A stretch of 63,983 nucleotides of DNA, filler included, from Hyphochytrium catenoides (taxonomy: Eukaryota; Protista; Hyphochytriomycota), in the NCBI GenBank assembly GCA_900088475.1. It is 6 parts of 6 records of this genome, joined end to end, with 100 filler letters (N's around TTAATTAATTAA, not from the genome) between each part and the next. Parts side by side here need not be neighbours in the genome. Positions count along the whole stretch, not along the records: positions 1 to 28,835 come from FLMG01001936.1; positions 28,936 to 39,814 come from FLMG01001363.1; 4 more parts are not named here. One strand, 5' to 3'. The translations under genes were made by a program, and so were the position numbers. A model generated the notes under the pieces. It was not told the origin of the DNA, made no database searches, and saw only the letters and a program-made list of their open reading frames with translations. Of this stretch, positions 25,473-36,636 are shown one piece after another (position 1 is the first letter of the stretch; the number at the start of each line of letters is the position of its first letter).

Positions 25473-26576
25473 ATGTTCCTTTTCGACTGGTTTTACGGAA
25501 TATTAAATTACCTTGGTGAGTATGGCAGTATCTTTGACATCACTATTTGGTACCTTCTTCGTTCCATGGCCGAAGGGAAAGTGCAAGTGTAGTCTAATCT
25601 TTGCTATTGTGGGCTCTAATTGCGTTCGTCCTCTTATTTCTTGCTGGGGCTGCAAATGCGCTTTCTTGCATTGTACTTCATGCGATCACTCTGTGTTCCC
25701 TGCGGTGCTGAGCTCTGTCAGTATCTTCTCAACGATCGGTCTCCCCGAGAGAGAGTCTCACATTTAACTCTCACCTATGGCAGGCCTCTACCAGAAGAGC
25801 GCTAAGATCCTTTTCCTCGGGCTCGATAATGCCGGCAAAACGACACTTCTGCACATGTTAAAAGATGACAGGGTTGCAGTCCACGAGCCTACTCTTCATC
25901 CAAGTAAGGGAACATATGTAAATCGCTATAAATACCAAGTGGCTGACAGTGAGACATGTAGACTCAGAAGAGCTCATTATTGGCAAAATCCGCTTCAGAA
26001 CATTTGACCTTGGAGGCCATGAAACAGGTTGAGTGACATACATATTCACCTTCTGACATTATGTTGATACTGATAGTAGATTCTCCACCTGCTAGCTCGC
26101 AAGCTGTGGCGTGACTACTTTGCAACTGTAGACGGCGTGGTGTTTATGGTAGATGCGCTTGATAGAGGACGCTTCCCAGAATCAAAGACGGAGCTTGACG
26201 TATGTACATCATTCTTGCCGTCGTGACCTTTAAGTTCTCCTCTCTTCATTGGTTGTGCTCACTTTGCTGTCTTGTGCTCGTGACGGTCTTATTCCTCCTT
26301 GCTGGCTACGGTATTGACGGTGGGTTCACGTAGACGCTCTTGGGGTCCGAGGAGTTGGCAAATGTGCCTTTCTTAGTGCTGGGTAACAAAATTGATGCAC
26401 CTTATGCGGCCTCTGAGGAGGAGCTTAGACGGGCTTTGGGCCTTATTGAGACATACGGCAAGGAGCCGCGTGGCGAGAGGGATCCGAACGTCCGTCCGAT
26501 TGAGCTCTACATGTGCTCAGTCGTGCGAAGAATGGGTTACGCTGACGGCTTCCGTTGGATGGCGCAGTTCCTGTGA
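25473..26576 (+). CDS. SAR1: Small GTPase Sar1 (COPII)
   Basis: [44 protein letters not shown]...GY..GF.W. Five exons. Confidence 0.98.
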
Positions 26577-26804
26577 GGCTTATAAGGAACGGAAGGACTA
26601 TTTCGGCTGGTGGTTCGGTCTGGTGCTCACTTCTCTGCTATGGTATATAGGGAATATCTCGATAATGAAAAATATATAGGCCCAGTGGGTCTCTCTTTGT
26701 AGGTGGTCATCGTTTCGCCTCCATCTGTTGCCACAATCTGTCCCTCTTACGCTGCCTCATCTATTGAGAGCAATGAGCTACAATTTGCCTGGTATATTCA
26801 GTAG

Positions 26805-27855
<1,051 letters not shown>

Positions 27856-28163
27856 TGTCCTTTCTGACAAACTGTGCACGAACAATTTGTCTTCTCAGGG
27901 CGCTATCATGTCTGCAAATAGTCACGACCTTACCCTGTGCGAGCTTCTAAGAACAAGACGCTATAGAAAGCACGGCACTATGCGCTGCTTTAGCTTGAGG
28001 GCGGCAACCGACGACGCTTCTTTGTCAACTAACTTTCGCGGTGGTAGAGAGAAGCTCTATCAGACAGGATGATCGGATGATCAGACTCGCAATATTTCTT
28101 CAGAATGTCGTGAGGACACTGTGAGTGTGTGAAGACATGAGTGAAGACATGAAGCCTTATCTG

Positions 28164-28457
28164 CATACTAAGCCGTGATAATCAACATGGCGCAATAGCG
28201 ATAATCGGTGAATCTGGCATAAACCCCTTTTAGCTGCACACGAGGTTCCTCTCATGAGGCTTATGCTACGGATCAATTTGGTCCTCACTTATTAGACTAG
28301 TAAAAAGGGGAAGCCATACTAAGCCTGATAATCAACATGGCGCAATAGCGATAGTCGGCGAATTTGGCATAAACCCCTTTTAGCTGCCCGCGCGGTTCCT
28401 CTCATGGGGCTTATACTACGGATCAATTGGTCCCAAATTAGACTAAAAAGGGAATCC
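28164..28457. repeat. Diverged tandem duplication of a ~150-bp unit
   Basis: Units start at 28164 and 28315 (CATACTAAGCC...TGATAATCAACATGGCGCAATAGCGAT...) and differ by scattered substitutions and indels. Confidence 0.9.
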
Positions 28458-28835
28458 ACCTGTGCTTCTGAGCATTGGGTTTGACGTGGACAAAAGGAGA
28501 GACCAGAATCTTCAGAACTTCAACCCCACCCTTCGCTAATTGAAACTATGGCTAACTGAAATCTTCAGAATCGCTGACCCATCAGCTGAGCCATCATATT
28601 CTCACTTCCATTAGGCGAACTTAGTTCAACAGAGCCAAGCGCTTGGTCGAGCACAATATTCTTTGTGAAGGTGTGCGGCAACGTCGTCTAAATAAAATGG
28701 GAATCACTAATTTGGAAGAACAGGTATGCTAGTCTGCACGACGATAAAAAAAAAGAGTTGCCGACAAGTCTCATGCGGTCCTCCCTCCAACCACCACGTG
28801 GCAGTTCGCTTTCTACGGAGCCTATCATCGCAACC

Positions 28836-28935
28836 NNNNNNNNNNNNNNNNNNNNNNNNNNNNNNNNNNNNNNNNNNNNTTAATTAATTAANNNNNNNNN
28901 NNNNNNNNNNNNNNNNNNNNNNNNNNNNNNNNNNN
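28836..28935. other. Artificial contig-join linker (N44-TTAATTAATTAA-N44)
   Basis: Six-frame stop linker; five identical copies in the window. Confidence 0.97.
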
Positions 28936-31658
28936 ATAAGTTCATCTTTAACAAGGGAGAGAGAGGGGGAGAGCGAGTGGTACCGGACAAGAAAATGTTT
29001 CTTCAATATCGTTATCAGATGGATAATAGCGCGGATTGCCAGTCCTTCCTTAAGGAATTTCTGCAGACCAAGATGGTCGACCTCTTCCTCGAAGAGTATC
29101 TCCGTGTGCTGAGGGCAAAGACGGAACCAACAGGTACCACCAAGATGGGGCACGCCTATCTTCTCCTCTCTCTTGGGTACATCTGCCAACTTTTTCTTCA
29201 CACTTCTTTTGCCGTCTCCTCCTCTCTCTGCGACCCCCAAAGTCCTTCTCTCTCTCTTTTTGTGTAATTCTCTCAGTATCTCTCTCTCTCTCTCTCTCTG
29301 TGTGTGTATCTCTCTCCGTCTCTCTGTATTTGTCTGTCTATATCTCTACTCTTCATTATAATCTCAGCTTTTTTTCTTCTTCCTCTCTCTCTCCCGTTAC
29401 TCGCCTTCTCTTGTTCCTTCTCGTTCTTTCTCTTGTTCCTTCTCTTTCGTTACTAGCTCACATGGTGTTGATCTCTCTTTCTCTCTTATCTCTTTTTTCC
29501 TATTTCTAAGCTGATACCGATTATCTGCCTCCTTAGGAACCTTTTTCAAAGTTGCTAGAACTGGACTGCCAGATGTCTCTGAGGCGACCGCCAAAAAGAC
29601 TATCAAGGATGTCTCTTCCTCCTCCTCGTCGTCTTTTTCTTTCTCCTCTTCTCTTCCTATTCCTCTATCGTTGGGGGAGAGCGGAGAGAGCATCCGAAGC
29701 GTCATCCTCGAGGCAACCTCGACGTCTTCCTTCAAGCGGCCAGTGTTCCAGATACTGGACGAGTTGGCCTTGGCAAGCTATGACGATCTGCATTATGAAA
29801 CTATTATGGAAGGTGACTTGCAGGATTTATTCTCCTGTCTCTCGAGTTTTCTCCCTCTTGCTCTCTTCTCTCCCTCTCCTCTCTTGTGTTTCTGTACGGT
29901 TCTCATTCTCCTCTTTTATCTTTCCCTTTCTCTAGTTCTTCATCTCTATCCGTCGGTCAGTCTATCTACCCTATCTATGGATGACATGCTGTCTTCCTTT
30001 CACTCTTGATCCTATGTAGTCTACAATGCTGTCCAATATCTTTCTTCTTCTCTCTCTCTCGCCTCTCTGTCTCACTCTCTCGTACTCTCTCCTTGATAGT
30101 TATTCCACTCTGCCAGGCGTCTTTCTCTCTTCTCCCCTCATATCCCTGACTCCTAGCCATCCGCCTGCCTTCTGGTTCCCTCTCATATGCTTTCGTATTT
30201 TCCGTCAATATGTGTTAGTCCTGGACAACCGCCTCTCAGACTGCAATGCTTGGAAATGGAAGCACGCCTACCGCGGTCTCTTGGTCTTAGAGTACCTCTC
30301 CTGCTATGGAAACCTCCGTTGTCTCCCTGACCTGTTGGACAGAGCGAAGAAACTGAGGGAACTGCATGGGTACAAGTCCGAGATTGCGGGGAGGGATAAT
30401 AGCAAACAAGGTAAGATGGGCAACACGACAGAGGATTCTGGTGCCTTTCGACAATCTCTTGTCTCTCCTTATCCTCTATTGCTCTCTCTCTCTTTCTCTC
30501 TCTGTCTGTCTCTCTGTCTGTCTCTCTCTCTCTTTCTCTTCTCTTTCTCTTGCTCTCTCACACTTCCTCTTCTTCCGTCTCTCTCTGTGTCGCTCTTTGG
30601 CACGCAAGTTGCTTTCTTGTTCTCGGTGTCTAAGTGCACATAGTGTCCTCTCTTCTCTCTCTGCTTCTCTTCTTTTTCATTCCTTCTCACCTTGCCAATG
30701 CGTCTCTTTGATCGATATCTGGTGCTATTGTTGCGGAGGAGCCACAGCTCTTGAGCTTCTCTCTCCTTGCTCCCACCTTGTCTGTTAGTATTGCCTAACG
30801 TTTACCCATTCTCTTTGTTCTCTTCCTCTTTTCCATCTCTCTCTTTCGCTCTCTCCATTCCTCCCAACCGCTTTCCAGTGCGTCTGCAGGCTCACATATC
30901 CTACAATGTGCTCAATGACGTCAGGAAGCTACGGCTGGCGAGACAGAATATGCTTAAGGTTGGGAGAGAGAGGCATCCAGTGTTACATTTTGTCTCTGCT
31001 TCTCTCTTTTTTCTCTGATGTTCTCTTTCATTCGTGCTCTCTGTTCCGTCTCTTCTCTCATTTTCTCAGTCATCTCTTCCTTAACTCTCTTCCCCCCCTC
31101 TCTCTCTCTTCCTCTTCCTTTCTGTCTTTCTGCTTCTCCTCATATTTCCGCCCTATTTAGCTGGACGAAATCGCCTCTGGCCCTCGGGCGAAGGCTATCG
31201 AGCCAGAAAAGATCTTGGACTTCTCAAGGTTACACTCTCAGCTTGCTCCTCCTGGCTACACTGTGACGAAGAGACAAGAGGCTGACGAGAAAGGACAGAA
31301 GGGAAAGAAGAAGGACAAGAAGGCTATCTCAGCGTCTTCATCATCGTCTTCCCTCGCCTCTCAGGAGCCAGTAAAGCCTGCCACTCCTGTTACGTCGGAT
31401 CTTATTTCCTTCGATGCGATTGAGGAGACAACTGCAGGTCAAACACGGAGAGAGGAGAGCACATCATTCCACTTAACATTTTCTCTCTCTCTCACTCTCT
31501 CGCTCTGTTCGGTGTCTTGTCGGCGATACTTGCATAATGGGATCATGTTTTCTTTATCAGGATTCATGTGCCGTCCTCTCGCCTACCCTCTTCATCTTGC
31601 ATTCTCCCTCTCTCGTTCCTTACACGATCTATCACTACGTTCTTCTTACTTACCTTAC

Positions 31659-31700
<42 letters not shown>

Positions 31701-33193
31701 ACACACACACACACTCACACGAAAACACGCACTCTTTCCTCTCTCGCAGGCTCGACTACTCCGGTAGCAGGATCTACTGTGGGTACCGGGAGCGTTGGAA
31801 GCCGATCGTTTGACTTTGATCTGGGTACATCAAAGAGCAGCGGTGAGCTTAATCGCGCGTCTACTACTTTTCTGTCGTTTGATGTCTGCTCTCCACTATC
31901 TTCTGACCCTCCCTCTCTTCTTGGCCTCTTTCTTTCACTCTTCTTTCCTCTAGCAACGTGTGGATCTCTTCTCCTCCTCCCTATGTTCCTACGGTTCTTT
32001 CCGAGGTCTCTGTACTGACTTAGTAGCAAGGACTCTCTCTCTCTCTCTCTCTTTGATTTCCATTTATTAAGGTGTTCCCTCTTTCTGTCTCTTTGCATCT
32101 ACAGCGCTGTCAGACTTCAGTGCATCTTCAAATGGCTTCCAAGTGAACTGGAACACCCCTGCACAGGCCTCATCTGTCTCTTTAGGACAACCTGTAAGTC
32201 ATTAGCCTTTAAGTCATTAGCCTTCCATCCTCCGTCTCTTTTCCTTTTTCTCCCTGCTATTTCCTTCTTAGTTGTCTAGCCCATTATCCTCCTCTCTTTA
32301 TTTGGAGCGAAAATTTGCTTGTTCTTGAAGATCTGGTATGGACTGGCAAGCCTTTTTATGTCTCTCTCTTTTTCTCTCTCTTTCCCTGGCATCGACATCG
32401 TCTCTTGGCTCAACAGGACTCTCTTCTTTTCTCTTCCTAGTCACAGAATAGTCTTCAGTCCTTCGACATGTTCTTTGGACCTGAATCTCCGTCGAGACGC
32501 GGCAGCGTGCTTTCTGTTTCTTCTCCGCCGCTTCCCGTTTCTCCCTCTTCCCTCTCCACTGCCCCGAGCGCTAACAGTACTGGACTGGGAAGAGAGGAGA
32601 TGATGAGAAAGCAAGCTCCAGGTCTCACTTCCACCAACCCCGTCTCTCCTCTCTCTCCCTCTGCTCTATCATTATCGCCAGCCGCACAATACGCTCTCCC
32701 TCCGACACGTTCTCTTTCCCGCATTTCCTCTTCCAACTCCGCTGTAGTGCCTGCAGCCCTGACCTCCCAAGGGTCTAGAGGTAAGTACCTCATGGGGAAA
32801 GAGGGGAGAAAGAATAAAGAGCAGAGAAAGAGAGAGAGAGAGATCGGAGAAGACAGGTTGATGTATCTTCAATTCTTGTCCACCCTCTCTCCCTATCTGC
32901 GTTCTTAACCTTGTCACCCCCTCTCTCTCTTCCTCTTCCTCCGCGCAGGAGGGAACTCCGCTGGCGGCTTTGACTTTGGAGATCTCTTCGCTTCTCTGGA
33001 TAACCCGACCAGTCCGCGGGTCCAGGGAGAAGGGCCGAAGCAGGCAGCAAACCCTCCTCTGCAGAAAAATACACAGAGTTACACCGCGGGGACTCCATCC
33101 GTTCCACTCTCTCCCTCTTCTCTCTCCTCCTTTGATCACCAGAGAGCGAAGCTCGACGAAAGACAGCCTGCTTCCACCCCGTTCGATTGGTAG
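28936..33193 (+). CDS. dDENN-like + ENTH domain protein with clathrin/adaptor-binding tail (5' truncated)
   Basis: Nine in-phase GT-AG exons from the contig start to TAG 33191-33193. Exon 1 has KKMFL...FLKEFLQTKMV.LFLEE (dDENN-like). ENTH motifs EATS, ELA.ASYD...IM.VL..RL, WKH.YR.L.VLEYL..G, VR.QA....LND...LR..R. Tail has DLISFD, FDFGDLF and PFDW*. Confidence 0.8.
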
Positions 33194-33470
33194 GAAACTG
33201 AGAGAGAAGACGAAACTCTCTTATCTCCTTCTCCTCCCAATGCCGGGGCGTCTTAGGGTGGAGAGCAAAAAGGGAGAAAGGAAGAAAGACCCAGAAGACG
33301 AAAACCTTTTCTCCGCTGTAGATAGGGAACAAAATATGGCTTAACTATTGACGGCACTTGTTCTGACACAGGAGAATAAATGAGTCCATTGATAGCACCT
33401 TATGCGGTGAAGAGGAAAGAGAGAGAACGTGAACAGAGACACACTAGAGAGAGAGAGCGAGAGCGCGCGC

Positions 33471-33522
<52 letters not shown>

Positions 33523-33596
33523 GGGATGGGAGAGAGAGAAAGAGAAGATAGGAGAGACCGAGGAACGAGAGCAAGGAAACGCTCTTCAGTCTCCTC

Positions 33597-36500
33597 CTAG
33601 ACCTTCTCTTTTCCTGCATCTGCCCTGTCTGGCCTAATCCTCATTCGCGCATACTCTGCAGCGCCTTCCTGAACACCTTCTCTTAACTTCTCAGCGATGT
33701 ACTCCCTTACAGAGCCTGAAGCGAGAGAGAAGGGAGAGAACGGAAACGAAGTAAGAAAACGAGGTAAAGAAAGGAAGCCGAAGCTGAAGTAAGAGAGGGA
33801 AACACGGTCGTTAGGTATACTCCCAAATCGTATGTCATTGGTCAAAGGTAGCACTAAGAAGAGAGAGCAGTAGAGTCGCTCTTTCTTCGTCGTACCCCGA
33901 GCTCACTCTTTCCATAGTCCTCTTACCCTATCCCTTGCAATCCTTCTCTCTCTTTCTCTCTTTACCTTCTTCTCCAGCGGCGCCATTTGACTTTCTCTTG
34001 ACATTGAGCAATCCTCTATCCTCGGCGTCCTCTAGCTGCTGTTGGAAGGAGTGGTACAGCTCCTCGCTTGCAAGAAGAGTGGGGATCTGTGCGGAAAGAT
34101 AGGGCGGGAGGTCAAGGATTTTTTGAACGGGAGGAACAAAATGGTAAAACCCGGCACCCATCCCTCTCACTCTTTCTTTCCCTCTTTCTCTTCTCTCGTA
34201 ACACCTTACAACCACACACGCCCTCAACCCTTCTCTCTTTCCTGCTCTCACCTTTCAATCAGCTCCTCTCCCTCGCCAGGCTAACTCTTTCATCACACCA
34301 CTTTTATTGCGCGTTCTTTCTTTCCTTTATCGCATCTTTGCTCTCTCCTTTCCCTGTTTCCCTTTTTACCTTCGCTGTGTAGGCACCATAGAGCGCCACT
34401 AGGCAGGCGTCTGATATGTCATAGTTATGTACAGAAAACTTGCCCCCACGAGCCATCTCCCAGTCAGACAGAAGTTTCTCTTCTCTCATTCCACCTGTCT
34501 TCCTCCCTCTTCGTTGTGGATTGTCCTCTCTCTCTTCTGAGTCTTGACCTCCTGCGTTGCCCTCAAGGACTTCTATCAGCGGCGGCTCTAGCTCTCTCTC
34601 CCTCAGCTGCCGGATGACCTCAAAGACTTCCTGCAAGATTGAAAGTTTGAGTGAGACTCTAGCTCTTTGGACGCCCACGTTTCTCTGCTCTTTCTTCCTT
34701 CAGTTTCATCTCTCTCTTCGTCCCTGAAAGTGAAGATTAAAATAGAAGACAACGGAGAAGAAGGATAGAGAGAGAAAACAAGCGAGCGAAGGATAGAGAC
34801 AGAGAGAGAGAGAGAGACAACAGATACATGGGAAAAGGTCTAAACCTGACATGTTTGATGAGCGCTCGTGTCTTCCCAGGAATCTGAAAGAACTTTCTGA
34901 TGGCGATAGGGTTACATTGGTTGGGTGCCTGCCTGAGAGAGAGAGGGAGAGATGAGACGAAGCAGAACCTTGCGAAACGAAAAGAGACAGAAAGTGGCGG
35001 AAGAGAGAAGAGAGAGAAGAGGGAATACAGAGAGAGAGAAAAGAGAGAAGAGAGAGAGAGAGAGAAGGGTAGAGAAAAGAGAGTGGGAGTCAGAGAGAGA
35101 ACAGGGAGAGAGAATAAAGATAAAGACGAGGAATAAAGAAAAGGGAGAACAAGAGAGAAAAAGAGGAGAGTTAGATACCTAAATATCTCATGGCATTGAA
35201 AGGTGACGATTCCGTTCAGTTGCGCCAAGAGAAAGAGAGTCTTGTTGCTAGTCCTTCCTTGTGCGAAGGACGGCATAAATGACTCCACTAGCGGCTACAG
35301 AAGGAGAGAAAAGAGAGAGAAATAAAGAAGAGAGAGAGGAAGAGGGGAGGATGAAACAGAAGGACAGAGAGAATGATGAGGAAAGAAGCAAGAGAAATGC
35401 AGGTGATTTATTACGTGCGAGAGATAGATAGGCAGTAGAGATACAGCAAATTCAGGGCCAGGAAAGTGCTTGGACCTGGAAGAGCTCAGAGAGAAGACAG
35501 AGACAAAAACGGAAAGCAGAGCCCATCGGAGACAAAGATGAGCGATCATATGGAGAAAGAGGAGAGAGACTCATCTCCCTTAACAGCGAAGACAAAGAAG
35601 AGAGACACAAACAATCACAGATGAGCACCATGAAATCGAGAAAGTAAGCCAGAGAAGAGTGAGGGAGAAGAGACAGAGGAAACGGTAGAGAGTAATCCCC
35701 TGAAGGAAGGGGAAGTGAGGAAAATAGGAAGGGAAGGGAAGGAGAGAAGGGAGAAAATGTGCACACACTTTTACGGTCTTTCCCTGTGTCTCTTCCCTAA
35801 TCTTTCTAAGCTGCCTCTGAATGGCGGAACCGACGGAGAGAAGATCGGATTGACGCCTGAGGTCCACGCGTCCAAGTCGTACCAAGGCGCCTGGAGATCG
35901 GGAGAGAAAGCGTCGGAAAGCGAAAGAAAGAGATATAAACTGAGAATGGCAAAGCCGAGTAAGAGGATAAGAGTGCGTATCGCAGCTCTTGGAGGGAGAA
36001 GCGAGAGAAGTGGTGGGAGTTTAACGTTTCAGTGACTGGCTAACCAAGAAGAGAGGAAAGAGAGGTATTTATGGCTGTGTGAGGAAGAGAAAGAAAGAGA
36101 GAGAGAAAGAGAGAGAGTGAGAGAGAGAGAGGAAGAGAGAGAGGGAGAGAGAAAGAGGGGGAGGGAGAGGGGAAGGAGAGAAAAGAGAGAGAAGACCGAA
36201 GGCCAGATAGCCGCCAACCTTCCGCATTCACGAGGGCAAAGCCGGTGCTCTTTGTGCTGATATCCAAGCCCAAGAAGAGGTCGAAGGGAGAAGGAGCCGC
36301 TTCTAGCAGCTGGTCCACGTCTTTCACTAAGAAATGCTCTCTCGTTTTCTTTTTTCTCCTTGGTTTCCCTTCCGAAGCTTTGCTATTCTCTTCTCTTTCT
36401 CCTTTGTTTCCTCTCTCTCCTTCTACATTCTCTCTCTTCTCTTCTTCTTCTTCTTGGACTGGTGCTGAGCAGGCATTATCTAAAGGGGCCGCTGGGTGAG

Positions 36501-36636
36501 AGGAGAAGAGAAAACGACAAAAGGCAACGCTCTCTCTCTCTCTCTTTGTTCCTGCCATCAACTTTCCTTGCCAGGTCAGTCGCCCTAGAGGCTGACCGCA
36601 GGTAAACCTAGCTGCTCTTCGCCGCCAAAGCATCAT
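33597..36636 (-). CDS. RuvC-like (RNase H fold) Holliday junction resolvase, possibly mitochondrion-targeted
   Basis: Exons 36636-36219, 35890-35769, 35295-35179, 34932-34851, 34630-34370, 34086-33966, 33715-33597. Motifs FLGLDISTKSTGFA, VESF...F..G....L..LAQLNGIV, NP..IRK, YDISDA. Arg-rich, acid-free N-terminus. Confidence 0.8.

Noticed and set aside
28880-28891. TTAATTAATTAA palindrome recurring five times inside N runs
   Set aside because: Identical 100-nt layout each time: an assembly concatenation linker, not a biological repeat, CRISPR array or target site.
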